NCBI GenBank assembly: GCA_045613985.1
Contig: JAZLCA010000054.1
Location: 12,697-76,696 of the forward strand
From: Eubacteriales bacterium
GTDB lineage: Bacteria; Bacillota; Clostridia; Oscillospirales; CAG-272
DNA length: 64,000 bases
Direction of reading: 5' to 3'
Shown: positions 36,501-46,432 of the stretch, in pieces
Position numbering within the stretch: position 1 is the first letter of the stretch
How the letters are laid out: each line of letters starts with the position of its first letter
Program-made: the position numbers and the translations under genes
Notes under the pieces: generated by a model
The model's database searches: none
Told to the model about the DNA's origin: nothing
Seen by the model: only the letters and a program-made list of their open reading frames with translations

Positions 36501-37965
36501 CTCGAATGCGCACAGCACCGATCTCGGTCAGCTTACAGGTCTGTGTGGAAAGACCTGTGGTCTCAATGTCAAAGATGATCATTTCTTCGTCAAGACCGCC
36601 CGCATAGTTACCTGAAACGGCACCCGCCGTATTGTTGACGAAGTAGGCCTCCAGACCGTAGATGACCTTCTGTCCCAGCTTTTCCGAGGCCAGCATGGCC
36701 TTTTGATAGGCCTGGACATTGCCGTGGTCCGTGATGGCAATCGCGGGCATTCCCCAACGATTGGCCGTCTTTACCGCTACGTCCGGGGGAATGAGTGCAT
36801 CCATACTGGACATGGTGGTATGCAAGTGCAGCTCCACTCTTTTTTTCTCGGCATGATCCATGCGGGTAAGACGTTTGATCTTAAGAACGTCGCTGTAAAA
36901 GAAGGTAAAATCAATATCAACGAAGTTTTTGCGAGTCTCTTTCTTGATATATCCCCGCATGGCAACCGACGTTCCGTTCGACAAAAGCTTGGAAAGATCT
37001 TTTTCTTCGTCCAACGTCAAGCCGTATTTTTTCACACTGATACAGGATACACCATCGAAAACATCAAAAGCGACGTTATACTTATCACTGTTTCTTGCCG
37101 CTTCCGCGCTGTATCCGAAAATTTCGCCCAAAATGATAACGCCCTTTTGAGGATGCTGCAAAGAGGCGATGGTTACAGGCATAATCTCAAATTCCTGCCC
37201 GATGAGAAGTTCGGGAGAAGTAATATCGTAGATATGATGCCCGATGCGACAACGGCCGTTTTCGATTTCGGGCAACGGAATGGTATCAAAATAAATCGAT
37301 GGCGTGCGCGGGAACATTTTTTTCTCTTCCTCTTCGGCGGCGGGAGCCGAAGAAAATTCGCTTCCCTGCCGGCGCGCTTCCAAAGAACGATCGTATTCGC
37401 TTTCTGCCTTGGCCAACTGCTGATCAATCAATTCTAAACGACGGTCCTGCCAATAAGTTTCCGTCGATTTATGTAGTTGCAGATTATGACGAATGATCAC
37501 CCGAACATTCAAACCGAATTCGCTTTTGATAATGCTTTCCATCACCTGCGGCGTGTGGGCATTTTCCATCAAACGAATACCATCCGTTTCAAAGGGAAGC
37601 TCGACCAACAACTGATCGTCCTTCAATTCTGCCTGATAATAGCGGAAAAAGCCACGAGCAACGATGCCGACCCGTTCGGTTTCGGCCAAAAGATTGGGGA
37701 TATAGGCTTTAGTAAAGAAATGAGAGGGATAATGAGGCAAAAACTTTACCAGGGCAAGCTCGTACGCCTGGCAAATCTCCGCCTCCAGAGAATACAGCTC
37801 CTCTTTATCGATCGGTGCAGGAAAACAAGCCGAAATCTCCAGCATACGCTTTTCCTTATCCGCCCGAACGGTATAATCGGTTGCACTTTCTAAAATTTCC
37901 CGATAGCGCATGCCCGGCTGGTATTTTTTTAACACTTGTAAGAGCGATCTTTGCGTATCGGCCAT
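33514..37965 (-). CDS. polC: DNA polymerase III alpha subunit, PolC type
   Basis: A PHP domain, an inserted DEDDh exonuclease (IIFDIETTGL, HRACDDAE), a zinc-finger Cys cluster (CPNC...CPKC) and the Pol III alpha core. The start is ATG 37965 with an AAAGGAGA RBS. Confidence 0.97.
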   Translation of the reverse strand: MADTQRSLLQVLKKYQPGMRYREILESATDYTVRADKEKRMLEISACFPAPIDKEELYSLEAEICQAYELALVKFLPHYPSHFFTKAYIPNLLAETERVGIVARGFFRYYQAELKDDQLLVELPFETDGIRLMENAHTPQVMESIIKSEFGLNVRVIIRHNLQLHKSTETYWQDRRLELIDQQLAKAESEYDRSLEARRQGSEFSSAPAAEEEEKKMFPRTPSIYFDTIPLPEIENGRCRIGHHIYDITSPELLIGQEFEIMPVTIASLQHPQKGVIILGEIFGYSAEAARNSDKYNVAFDVFDGVSCISVKKYGLTLDEEKDLSKLLSNGTSVAMRGYIKKETRKNFVDIDFTFFYSDVLKIKRLTRMDHAEKKRVELHLHTTMSSMDALIPPDVAVKTANRWGMPAIAITDHGNVQAYQKAMLASEKLGQKVIYGLEAYFVNNTAGAVSGNYAGGLDEEMIIFDIETTGLSTQTCKLTEIGAVRIRGGEVLDRFDTFVDPEMPIPPEITELTSITDDMVAGAPKTKEALQMFFDFIGDEEGKEPKLLIAHNANFDIGFIRYFAEQCGLPFSNPYLDTLALSRYINPDLKNHKLDTIANHYKLGEFHHHRACDDAEMLAMIYFRMCDRMRELDIHSYPALQREMLANTDPLSLRPYHQVLLVKNKTGLKNLYRLISFSYLKYYRRQPRIPKTELEKYREGLIVGSACEAGELIQAILDNKPETAIEEIVNFYDYLEIQPICNNRFMIDEGKIKDEEGLRDLNRRIVALGEKYNKPVVATCDAHFLNDEDELSRKILQAGMKFKDFDRDIHLYFRTTEEMLEEFSYLGQEKAYEVVVENTNKIADMIDNDIRPFPKGTFTPHMEGAEEDLQRICYERAEKQYGKPLPKIVHDRLDKELTSIIKNGFAVLYMIAQKLVWYSESQGYLVGSRGSVGSSVVASFAGISEVNPLPPHYYCPNCQHSEFFTDGSVGSGFDLPDANCPKCGHPLCGDGHDIPFETFLGFYGDKSPDIDLNFSGEVQGKVHKYTEELFGAENVFRAGTIGELADKTAYGFIAKYLDEKQVSLSRADMNRLVASCVGVKRTTGQHPGGIVVVPKEYEIYDFCPVQHPADDATSNIVTTHFTFEYLHDTLLKLDELGHDIPTKYKWLERYSDTSVMDVKMNDTSIYELFTSTAPLGIRPEDIGGCQVGTWGIPEMGTRFLQQVLIDARPKNFADLLQISGLTHGTDVWLGNAQDLIKEGICDISKVIGCRDGIMLDLIRYGLENAVAFKIMESVRKGKGLTPEWEADMRAHDVPEWYIGSCKKIKYMFPKAHAAAYVMSAIRLGWYKIYMPTVFYAAMFTVAPKGFDAEIILRGKKHLENYIKDIEQRGKEASPKEQDSVPTFQLAMEAYARGVKFLPVDINRSDARCYRPEGEKAIRLPFSSLAGVGDNAAENIMKAREEEPFFSVEDLQTRAKLTKSVIEVLRRNGVLDGIQETDQLSIF

Positions 37966-38006
37966 AATAGTCTCCTTTATATTAGTCCCGCACACCGCGG
38001 AGGAAG

Positions 38007-39101
38007 TTATTTTTCGGACTGCTTGTCCATCTCTCGGATTTCAGCGATCAAGCGAGGGATCAGCTGATCTTCCGATAATTTTTCTACGATTTCACCGCGG
38101 CGGAACAAAAGCCCCTCGCCCTTTCCACCGGCGATACCAATGTCTGCCTCTCGGGCCTCGCCCGGTCCGTTCACGATGCATCCCATCAGGGCGACCTTAA
38201 TCGGTAAGCGGTCCAATCCTTCTTGCGCGACCGCTGCTTTGAAACGCTCGCACAGAGAAATCAAATCAATTTTCGTACGCCCGCAGGTCGGACAGCTGAC
38301 GATATCCATGCCTCTCTGTCCTTCGATCTGCAGGCCATCCAAAATACGGCGAGCCGCCGCGATCTCTTTGACGGGATCATCTGTCAACGACACCCGAAGC
38401 GTATCGCCGATGCCGTCGACCAGCAACGCACCGATGCCCATCGCGCTTTTGATCATACCGGCCTCTCCGCCCCCTGCCTCCGTCACGCCAAGGTGAATGG
38501 GATAGGGGCAAGCAGCGGCGACCAACCGGTTGGCCTGTATCATGGTCGGCACATCCGAAGCCTTGATCGAAACAACGATATCCTCAAAGTCGTATTTTTC
38601 AAGCAATTCGCAGTGATACAAGGCACTGTCACACAACGCCTGTGCGGTAGGGCCTCCATGCTTTTGCAACAGGTGCTTTTCGAGCGAGCCGCTGTTAACG
38701 CCGATGCGAATGGGAATATGGCGTTGCTTACAAGCATCCACCACTTGCTTGACTCTATCCTCATCTCCGATATTTCCGGGGTTGATGCGTATTTTATCAA
38801 TCCCCAACTCGGTGCAACGCAAAGCGACACGGTAATCAAAGTGGATATCTGCCACGATTGGAATGGTAACACCCTTTTGCCTGATAACCGGGATACAGTC
38901 GGCTGCTTCCATATCGGGAACGGTGATGCGAACAATATCACATCCTGCCTGCTGCAGACGAACGATCTGCTCTGCTGTCTTTGCGGCGTTGTGAGGATCC
39001 GTATTGGTCATGGATTGAATGGCAAGGGGAAATGAGCCGCCGATGCCGACGCCGCGCAAGATGACCGCCTTGCTTTTTCTTCTTATTGCCTGATAATTCA
39101 C
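38007..39101 (-). CDS. ispG: 4-hydroxy-3-methylbut-2-en-1-yl diphosphate synthase
   Basis: IspG/GcpE core: SMTNT, RITVP, SCPTCGR and GCIVNGPGE. Confidence 0.95.
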   Translation of the reverse strand: MNYQAIRRKSKAVILRGVGIGGSFPLAIQSMTNTDPHNAAKTAEQIVRLQQAGCDIVRITVPDMEAADCIPVIRQKGVTIPIVADIHFDYRVALRCTELGIDKIRINPGNIGDEDRVKQVVDACKQRHIPIRIGVNSGSLEKHLLQKHGGPTAQALCDSALYHCELLEKYDFEDIVVSIKASDVPTMIQANRLVAAACPYPIHLGVTEAGGGEAGMIKSAMGIGALLVDGIGDTLRVSLTDDPVKEIAAARRILDGLQIEGQRGMDIVSCPTCGRTKIDLISLCERFKAAVAQEGLDRLPIKVALMGCIVNGPGEAREADIGIAGGKGEGLLFRRGEIVEKLSEDQLIPRLIAEIREMDKQSEK

Positions 39102-39123
39102 GGTATCCTCCTATCGTTTGACA

Positions 39124-40179
39124 TTAAAATATAAGCGCGATAATATCCTTTCCCAAAACAAAAACCATCAGAATCATCAACAAAACGATACCGACAAAGT
39201 GAATCTTGCTTTCAATTTCCTGGGAAATAGGTTTGCGGCGAATGCCTTCGATCGCCAAAAATACGAATCTGCCGCCGTCCAATGCGGGAAACGGAATCAG
39301 GTTGAAAACGCCCAAATTCATGGTGATCAAGGACGTAATGTTCAGTACGTACTGGAAAATTTGTTTGCCGTTCCAGCCGCTGTTATCGATGGTATCTTTG
39401 ACGGTCGCCGTCACGCCGATGGGACTGGACAAAGCAGAAATGGAGAATCGTCCCGTCGCCAGATTGATAACGCTATCCCATACCATTTTCACAAGGGAGA
39501 CGGAGCGATGCCAGCTGATTCGTATCAACTGCCAAACAGTGGGATCCTTAAATGCCCAAATTCCGAAATCCGCTTGCCCTAAGACCACGCCTTGCTCTTC
39601 GATCTGAGGGAAGACAACATTTTCCAAAACAACAGTCTCACCATCACGAATGACAGTCAAGGTAACCGGCTCGTGCCCTTGATTCATGATCTCATAGGTG
39701 AGCTCTTCGCCCGTGTATACTTTGATATTGTTGACCTTTATAACGGTGTCATTCACCTGCAAGCCTGCCTCTGTATTGCTGCTGGCATTTTCTGCAAAGC
39801 TGTGAATTTGAGTGGAAGCTAACAAATTCCGAGACAGACACACCATCAAAAAAACGATAACAAAGCCCAACAGCAAATTCATAGCAGCACCCGCCACTAC
39901 GATAGCCATACGTTGCCATACCTTTTTGCGGGCAAAGGAATCGTCGCCCTCGGCATCTTCATTTTCACCCTTCATACTAACGTATCCACCAATCGGAAGG
40001 GCTCGCAGCGAAAAAAGCGTTCCGTGCTTTTTGGTTTTTCTTTGGAACAATTTCGGTCCCATACCGATAGAAAACTCCTCGATATAAACGCCGCACAACC
40101 GCGCCACCGTAAAATGACCCAATTCGTGTATCATGATCAACATGCCGAAGATCAGCAATGCCACGATAGCATATATCAT
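39124..40179 (-). CDS. rseP: RIP (site-2) zinc metalloprotease RseP/RasP family
   Basis: HELGH in TM1, a central PDZ-like segment and an NLIPFPALDGG motif. Confidence 0.9.
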   Translation of the reverse strand: MIYAIVALLIFGMLIMIHELGHFTVARLCGVYIEEFSIGMGPKLFQRKTKKHGTLFSLRALPIGGYVSMKGENEDAEGDDSFARKKVWQRMAIVVAGAAMNLLLGFVIVFLMVCLSRNLLASTQIHSFAENASSNTEAGLQVNDTVIKVNNIKVYTGEELTYEIMNQGHEPVTLTVIRDGETVVLENVVFPQIEEQGVVLGQADFGIWAFKDPTVWQLIRISWHRSVSLVKMVWDSVINLATGRFSISALSSPIGVTATVKDTIDNSGWNGKQIFQYVLNITSLITMNLGVFNLIPFPALDGGRFVFLAIEGIRRKPISQEIESKIHFVGIVLLMILMVFVLGKDIIALIF

Positions 40180-40228
40180 AATGATTACTCCTGCTTTCTT
40201 TTAATTTTCGATAAGATTGCTTGCCGCA

Positions 40229-41398
40229 TTAAAGGCTTAAACGCTCGGCCGTCAGGCGACGGGCTTCGACATCATAATACAGAATTTCCTCCAAAGTATT
40301 TGCCTTTTGCGAGTCCGCCAGCTCTTCAACCGTGCTTTCGACCGCGTCAAAAATGTCGCAAAAGCCGATGTTATCCTGCAAGAAAGAGCCGACTGCCACT
40401 TCGTTGGCCGCATTGAGAACCGCGGGCATAGCACCGCCTTTTCGCAAGCACTTGCGCGCCAGGCTCAGAAGGACAAACGTTTGCTCATCCGGTTCAGCAA
40501 AGGTCAAGCTTGCACATTGTGTCAACGACAACGGATGGATCACGCCCGGCTCGCGGAAAGGATGCGTCAGTGCATGCTGGATGCAATGACGCATATCCGG
40601 CAGAGAGAGCTGCGCCATGATGCTATGGTCAATATATTCAACCATAGAATGAATTATACTCTCACGATGAACGATCACCTCGATGCGATGCTCGGGAATG
40701 TCAAACAAGTGCGACGCCTCAATGATCTCAAAGCCCTTGTTCATCAAAGTCGCACTATCAACGGTAATCTTTTGTCCCATTTGCCACGTTGGATGCGCTA
40801 ATGCATCGCACCGCCGCATTGCTTGAAGCTGTTCTCTCGTTTTGCCAAAGAACGGGCCGCCGGAGGCAGTCAAGATCAGTTTTTTTACTTCATTTTGTCT
40901 TCCCGCCGACAAGCACTGGGCAATCGCACAATGCTCACTGTCGACCGGGCGAATAACAATTCCCTTTTCTCTTGCCAGCTTCATAACGATATCACCGGCA
41001 ACGACAAGAGATTCCTTGTTGGCCAGAGCCAGTTGTTTGTCCGTTTCAAGAACTGCCAAGGTGGGAAGAAGTCCTGCCTTGCCCACAATGGCGTTGAGAG
41101 CCAACGGTGCGTGGCTGTCACGAATCATATCCAAGACACCCTCTGCCCCGCCATATACTCGAGTATGAGTGTCGGCAAGCCGCACGCGCAAGTCCTGCGC
41201 CGCGGCTTCATCACTCATAGCGCAGGCGCGAACACCAAACTCTCGCGCCTGACGTTCAGCGATATCAACGTTTTGATGCGCGCAAATAGCATCTACGGGA
41301 AAGCCACAGCGTCTTACGACGTCCAACGCCTGTTGTCCTACGGAACCCGTAGAGCCAAGGATCAGGACGGAAGAACGGTTTTTCTGTACTGTCTCCAT
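40229..41398 (-). CDS. dxr: 1-deoxy-D-xylulose-5-phosphate reductoisomerase
   Basis: LGSTGSVG NADPH motif, LANKESLV and NAANE. The start is ATG 41398, overlapping the cdsA stop. Confidence 0.95.
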   Translation of the reverse strand: METVQKNRSSVLILGSTGSVGQQALDVVRRCGFPVDAICAHQNVDIAERQAREFGVRACAMSDEAAAQDLRVRLADTHTRVYGGAEGVLDMIRDSHAPLALNAIVGKAGLLPTLAVLETDKQLALANKESLVVAGDIVMKLAREKGIVIRPVDSEHCAIAQCLSAGRQNEVKKLILTASGGPFFGKTREQLQAMRRCDALAHPTWQMGQKITVDSATLMNKGFEIIEASHLFDIPEHRIEVIVHRESIIHSMVEYIDHSIMAQLSLPDMRHCIQHALTHPFREPGVIHPLSLTQCASLTFAEPDEQTFVLLSLARKCLRKGGAMPAVLNAANEVAVGSFLQDNIGFCDIFDAVESTVEELADSQKANTLEEILYYDVEARRLTAERLSL

Positions 41399-42234
41399 CA
41401 CGCCACCACAAACAAATTCCCCAAAGAACAAATGACAAGCAAAACAAGAGCCACCGCCATGACCGAATCAAAACGATCCAACACACCGCCGTGTCCCGGA
41501 AACAGCTTGCCGTAATCCTTGATGCCAAAGGTACGCTTGATGGCCGACATCAAAAGGTCCCCCACCTGCGAAACGATCGAGATGAATAATCCGCTGATAC
41601 CAAGCACGACATAGTTGGCCGAGACGGTGCCACCGCTGATGCTTTGAACAATCCATCCGTAGCCAAGCATGGCCAAAATGCAAAACAGCGTACCGCCCAC
41701 ACTTCCCTCAATGGTTTTCTTGGGGCTAACGTCGGGGATGAGCTTGTGCTTGCCAAACAAAAATCCGCAAAAATAAGCAAAGGTATCCGTCACCCAAGCA
41801 CCGATAAAACAGATCAGATACACGTATTTGCCGGCGGGAACGCGGTAACGCAAAAGCGTTAGCGCAGTGAATGCAACAATAATGTAAAAACCGGTCAAAA
41901 AAGCCGTTCCTGCGTGGGAAAAGGTGATCGCTCCACGAGAAAACGTCATAACGGCGAACAGATACAATGCAAGAACGATCAAAGAGAGGGTCAGAATATG
42001 TTCAACCTGTGACGTTTCAAACCAGTACGGCAACAAGGGCACTCCCGCCGACACTGCAAGCAATACGATCGAGTAGGCGTAATGCTTGATGGCGCCGATG
42101 CAACGCAGCATTTCAAAGCAGGCGATCAGGGACAACAGTGCCATTACTGCCGGAAAAATCCAAAGTTCAGAAAAATACAACACCGGGAAAAAGATGGCTA
42201 TAGCCACCACCGCGGTTAATACACGTTTTAACAT
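41398..42234 (-). CDS. cdsA: Phosphatidate cytidylyltransferase
   Basis: A polytopic membrane protein with the CTP-transferase signature SAIKRTFGIKDYGKLFPGHGGVLDRFDS. Confidence 0.9.
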   Translation of the reverse strand: MLKRVLTAVVAIAIFFPVLYFSELWIFPAVMALLSLIACFEMLRCIGAIKHYAYSIVLLAVSAGVPLLPYWFETSQVEHILTLSLIVLALYLFAVMTFSRGAITFSHAGTAFLTGFYIIVAFTALTLLRYRVPAGKYVYLICFIGAWVTDTFAYFCGFLFGKHKLIPDVSPKKTIEGSVGGTLFCILAMLGYGWIVQSISGGTVSANYVVLGISGLFISIVSQVGDLLMSAIKRTFGIKDYGKLFPGHGGVLDRFDSVMAVALVLLVICSLGNLFVVA

Positions 42235-42249
42235 CGTTTACCTCCGATA

Positions 42250-42969
42250 TCACACGCCACCGTAGCGACGCTGTCTGGAATAAAAGGTACGAATGGCCTC
42301 GTCCACGTCCGAAGGACCGAAATCGGGCCATAGCTTATCCGTAAAATACAGCTCTGCGTAAGCCGCTTGCCACAACAAAAAGTTGGAAATACGCATATCG
42401 CCCCCCGTACGGACGATGAGATCGGGGTCGGCGCAATGTGAGGTATACAGCGCATGGCTGATCGCCTGTTCAGTCACTGCTTCGTCCGTTGATTTTAACT
42501 CTTCCAGTGCCCGACAAATCTCTGCTCTGGCACCATAGTTAACGGCAATATTGAGTATCATATGGTTGTCTTTAGTCACTCGCTCCAAGTGATCCATCTT
42601 TTCACGCAGGCGAGGGCGCAAAGGAGTACGATCCCCAATGAAATGAAATTGCACGCTGTGTCCACGCAATTCTTTTTCGCAGGAATCAATATATTCTTCT
42701 AACAGATTCATGATGGATTCCACCTCACGGGAGGGCCGTTTCCAATTTTCAGTGGAAAATGCGTACACGGTCATAGCCTTTAAACCCAGCTTTTCGCAGT
42801 ACTGGGCCACGTTTTGAAAAGCTTTGGCACCCGCACGATGTCCCTGCTCACGGGCCATGCCTCGCATGACTGCCCACCGACCGTTACCATCCATGATAAA
42901 AGCTATGTGAGAGAGTCTTTCATCCGGTACGATCTTTTTCTTTTCTTCACGCTTGATGAACAATCCCAT
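42250..42969 (-). CDS. uppS: Isoprenyl transferase (undecaprenyl diphosphate synthase)
   Basis: HIAFIMDGNGRWA, FSTENWKRP and DLIVRTGG motifs. Confidence 0.95.
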   Translation of the reverse strand: MGLFIKREEKKKIVPDERLSHIAFIMDGNGRWAVMRGMAREQGHRAGAKAFQNVAQYCEKLGLKAMTVYAFSTENWKRPSREVESIMNLLEEYIDSCEKELRGHSVQFHFIGDRTPLRPRLREKMDHLERVTKDNHMILNIAVNYGARAEICRALEELKSTDEAVTEQAISHALYTSHCADPDLIVRTGGDMRISNFLLWQAAYAELYFTDKLWPDFGPSDVDEAIRTFYSRQRRYGGV

Positions 42970-43001
42970 AAATCATATTCCTCCGCATAATATAGGAAAG
43001 C

Positions 43002-43030
43002 GGGCGAAACATGAAAATCACATTTCGCCC
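43002..43030 (-). terminator. Hairpin downstream of frr
   Basis: gggcgaaa / tttcgccc forms an 8-bp stem with a 13-nt loop. The U-tract is weak. Confidence 0.5.
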
Positions 43031-43056
43031 CATCTTATGAGAAATCCGTATGAGAA

Positions 43057-43611
43057 TCAGATCTCCATGATTTCCTTTTCTTTCTTTGCCTGGATCTCCT
43101 CAATCTTTTTGGTGCACTTGTCAGTGATATCCTGAATGGACTTTTCAGCAGCCTTCTGCTCGTCTTCGGTCAGAAGACCGTCCTTCTTCTGCTTTTTTGC
43201 ATCTTCGTTGGCATCACGGCGAATGTTACGGATAGCAACCTTGGCATCTTCCGCATACTTCTGTACCTGCTTTTTGATCTCGCGGCGGCGTTCCTCGGTC
43301 AGTTGGGGGAAAGACAGGCGAATGACTCTACCATCGTTCATGGGAGTAATGCCAACGTCAGAGGCAAGGATCGCCTTTTCCATCGCCTTAAGCGTCGTGT
43401 TGTCGTAAGGGGTGATGACCAGCGTTCTGGCATCAGCAACACGAACGTCAGCCATGCTGTTCAAGGGCGTAGGAGATCCGTAATAATCAAAATTGACGCG
43501 AGCAAGCACACCGGGATTGGCTTGCGATGCACGAACGCCGCTCAGCGTCGTTTCAAAAGATGCAATTGCTTTCACAGTTCTTTCTTCCATGGGCTTGGTG
43601 TTATACTTCAT
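43057..43611 (-). CDS. frr: Ribosome recycling factor
   Basis: A 184-aa ORF with typical RRF sequence (LSGVRASQANPGVL, LTEERRREIKKQV). Confidence 0.95.
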   Translation of the reverse strand: MKYNTKPMEERTVKAIASFETTLSGVRASQANPGVLARVNFDYYGSPTPLNSMADVRVADARTLVITPYDNTTLKAMEKAILASDVGITPMNDGRVIRLSFPQLTEERRREIKKQVQKYAEDAKVAIRNIRRDANEDAKKQKKDGLLTEDEQKAAEKSIQDITDKCTKKIEEIQAKKEKEIMEI

Positions 43612-43665
43612 AATAATCCTCCTTATGTGCGGGCCGAGGCCTCACGATTTATGTCTGAATTTTAA

Positions 43666-44388
43666 TTAACAATGAATTTCAGTTCCGATTCTTTCGCCCA
43701 TCACGACACGGTAGATGTTTTCAGGATCGGACAAGCCAAAGGCATAGCAACGTATGTTATTATCCTGGCAGAATGTGGCGGCACTCATATCGAGTGCTCT
43801 GAGATTCTTCTCAAGAATCTCCATGTAGGTCAGCTCTTCGTAGCGGGTTGCAGTGGGATCGACCTTAGGATCCGCGCTGTAAATTGCGTCAATATTCTTG
43901 GCCATCAGCACGACGTCGGCCTCAATCTCGGCTGCACGCAAAGCAGCTGCCGTATCGGTCGAAAAGTAAGGCAGGCCAGTACCTCCGCCGAGAATGACGA
44001 TCTTACCTGCCTCCAAGGCAGCAATGGCCTCGCGCGAGGTATAAAACTCCGCAAACGTATCCATCTTGACCGCGCTCAACACGACGGCATCCATCCCCTC
44101 TTGTTCGAAGGTGTCCTTGATGGCCAGCGCATTGATGGTTGTTGCCAGCATTCCCATGTGATCTGCCCGGCAGCGGTTCATCTTGCCACCTTGTCTGCCA
44201 CGCCAGATGTTACCGGCACCGCACAAAAGGGCAACTTGTACACCGGCATCCTGACACTTTTTGACAACGGACGCGATCGTTCGGATAAAATCGAAATTCA
44301 AAATATCATTCGATCCTGCCGCAAGAGCCTCACCCGAGAGCTTAAGCAAAACGCGACGATATTTAGGCTTGATCTGATTGATTTCCAT
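43666..44388 (-). CDS. pyrH: UMP kinase
   Basis: YRRVLLKLSGEAL, GGGNIWRG and GGTGLPYFSTDTAAALRA. The start is ATG 44388 with a GAGGAG RBS. Confidence 0.95.
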   Translation of the reverse strand: MEINQIKPKYRRVLLKLSGEALAAGSNDILNFDFIRTIASVVKKCQDAGVQVALLCGAGNIWRGRQGGKMNRCRADHMGMLATTINALAIKDTFEQEGMDAVVLSAVKMDTFAEFYTSREAIAALEAGKIVILGGGTGLPYFSTDTAAALRAAEIEADVVLMAKNIDAIYSADPKVDPTATRYEELTYMEILEKNLRALDMSAATFCQDNNIRCYAFGLSDPENIYRVVMGERIGTEIHC

Positions 44389-44530
44389 AGACAATCTCCT
44401 CAAAGCAGGCACGTGCCTGCACCGTTTGCTATTCTACCCTATATTTTACTACAAAACCTTTCTTTTGTAAACAGCATTTTGTAAATTTCTCTTCTTTTTT
44501 TCTCATTTTTTGAAACCGCAGGCATAGAAA

Positions 44531-44558
44531 AAGGACGCTTTTGCAAGCGCCCTTTTTC
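44531..44558 (-). terminator. Terminator after tsf
   Basis: The minus strand reads aaaaagggcgcttgcaaaagcgtccttttt. Confidence 0.7.
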
Positions 44559-44572
44559 TTATGGAAGGAAAA

Positions 44573-45499
44573 TTACTTTCCTGCGGTCATCTTAGCGATT
44601 TCCTCAGCGAAGTTCTCTTCTCTCTTCTGAATGCCCTCGCCCTTTTCGAAGCGGAAGAAGCCGGTGATGGTGATGTTGCCGCCCAGCTCCTTAGCAACAG
44701 ACTCGACGTACTTGCCGACCTTCATGTCCTCGTCCTTGACGTAGGTCATGTCAACCAGGCAGTTGTTGTCGTAGAACTTGCTGATACGGCCCTGTACCAT
44801 CTTTTCCTTGATGGCATCGGGCTTCTTTGCGTTAGCGGGATCGTTTGCGATCTGAGCCAACAGAATGTTCTTCTCCTCCTCCAGAACGGAAGCGGGAACC
44901 TCGTCACGGTTCAGGTAGGGGGTAGGATATGCACCGATCTGAAGTGCGATGTTCTTTGCAAATGCAGCGAAGCCATCCTTATCAGCAACGTCGGTGTCGA
45001 ACTTAACCAGAACGCCGATGGAGCCGTTACCGTGAACGTAGGTAGCAACAGCGTTGCCTTCAACGATGACGAAGCGGCGAATGCTCAGCTTCTCACCGAT
45101 CTGTGCGATCTTCTCGATCAGAACGCTCTCAACTGCGCTGTCGGTACCGGCGTAGGTAGCCTTGAGCAGAGCGTCAACGTCAGCGGGCTTGCTCTCCAGA
45201 ATGGTAGCGAGCAGACCGTCAACAAATTCCTGGAAGGATGCATTCTTTGCAACGAAGTCAGTCTCGGAGTTAACCTGGATCATAGCGTATGCGGCGCCCT
45301 TGCTCATCAGCTTAACGATACCGTCAGCTGCGATTCTGCTTTCCTTCTTAGCAGCGGTTGCAAGACCCTTCTCGCGAAGGATGGTGATTGCCTTATCCAT
45401 ATCGCCTTCAGCCTCAACCAGCGCCTTCTTGCAGTCCATCATACCCAGACCGGTCTTTGCGCGCAGTTCAGCTACGTCTTTTGCAGTAATGTTAGCCAT
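44573..45499 (-). CDS. tsf: Elongation factor Ts
   Basis: The UBA-like N-terminus ITAKDVAELRAKTGLGMMDCKKALVEAEGDMDKA and the EF-Ts dimerisation core. The start is ATG 45499. Confidence 0.95.
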   Translation of the reverse strand: MANITAKDVAELRAKTGLGMMDCKKALVEAEGDMDKAITILREKGLATAAKKESRIAADGIVKLMSKGAAYAMIQVNSETDFVAKNASFQEFVDGLLATILESKPADVDALLKATYAGTDSAVESVLIEKIAQIGEKLSIRRFVIVEGNAVATYVHGNGSIGVLVKFDTDVADKDGFAAFAKNIALQIGAYPTPYLNRDEVPASVLEEEKNILLAQIANDPANAKKPDAIKEKMVQGRISKFYDNNCLVDMTYVKDEDMKVGKYVESVAKELGGNITITGFFRFEKGEGIQKREENFAEEIAKMTAGK

Positions 45500-45542
45500 T
45501 TTCAAAATCCTCTTTTCTGATTATTTTGTTGGGAAACGGAAA

Positions 45543-46265
45543 TTATTCCTCGGTGGTTTCAGCAGTCTCGGGAGCGTTCTGCTCGCCCTGTCTGCCCTCG
45601 ATCATAGCGTCAGCGATGACGGAGGAGATCAACTTGATGGCGCGGATAGCGTCATCGTTACCGGGGATAACGTAGTCAGCATCGTCGGGATCGCAGTTGG
45701 TGTCAACGATAGCGATTACCGGGATACCCAGCTTCTTTGCCTCGAGAACTGCGTTTCTTTCCTTGTGGGGGTCAACGATGAAGATAGCGGAAGGCAGAGT
45801 ATCCATGGTCTTGATACCGCCCAGGTTCTTCTCCAGGTCGAAAGCTTCCTTCTGCAGACCTGCAACCTCTTTCTTAGGCAGCAGATTGAAGGTGCCGTCC
45901 TCATGCATCTTGTTCAGGCTGTTCAAACGAGCGATGGACTTCTTGATGGTCTTGAAGTTGGTCATCATGCCGCCGGGCCAACGGTTGTTCACATAGTACA
46001 TACCGCAGCGGGTAGCCTCTTCCTTGATGGCCTCTGCCGCCTGCTTCTTGGTGCCGACGAACAGAAGGGTGCCGCCCTGCGCAGACAGCTCGCGGACAAA
46101 CATGTAAGCTTCCTCGAACTTCTTAACCGTCTTCTGCAGGTCGATGATATAGATGCCGTTTCTTTCAGTGAAGATGTACTCCTGCATCTTGGGGTTCCAT
46201 CTTCTGGTGTGGTGTCCGAAATGAACACCTGCTTCAAGCAGCTGCTTGATGGTAATGATAGACAT
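45543..46265 (-). CDS. rpsB: 30S ribosomal protein S2
   Basis: [22 protein letters not shown]. The start is ATG 46265 with an AAGGAGGA RBS. The longer ORF-track start is unsupported. Confidence 0.95.
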   Translation of the reverse strand: MSIITIKQLLEAGVHFGHHTRRWNPKMQEYIFTERNGIYIIDLQKTVKKFEEAYMFVRELSAQGGTLLFVGTKKQAAEAIKEEATRCGMYYVNNRWPGGMMTNFKTIKKSIARLNSLNKMHEDGTFNLLPKKEVAGLQKEAFDLEKNLGGIKTMDTLPSAIFIVDPHKERNAVLEAKKLGIPVIAIVDTNCDPDDADYVIPGNDDAIRAIKLISSVIADAMIEGRQGEQNAPETAETTEE

Positions 46266-46403
46266 TTCAATGTCCTCCTTCGGTTTTTTCCACCACATAA
46301 TTTTCGTGCTCATCACCCTGTTGGGCACCGAACGCACGCCGTTATGTGTGTGTATTTTTTTGTATTGCGGACGCACTTTGGGCAATTTCCGCAATTACAA
46401 GTG

Positions 46404-46432
46404 ATTATAGCACATTCCGTTCCAACTTTCAA
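46404..46432 (-). promoter_or_regulatory. Sigma-A promoter for rpsB-tsf (TTGAAA-17-TGcTATAAT on minus strand)
   Basis: Read on the plus strand, tttcaa lies at 46427-46432 and attata at 46404-46409. The -10 element lies inside one arm of a 14-bp inverted repeat. Confidence 0.65.

Noticed and set aside
35293-36615. A 440-aa plus-strand ORF inside polC. Similar long antisense ORFs lie at 4996-6228, 9443-10426, 14672-15733, 17263-18363, 22346-23224, 48436-49272 and 50712-52340.
   Set aside because: All are antisense to genes with strong family signatures. None has a plausible RBS or any recognisable domain.
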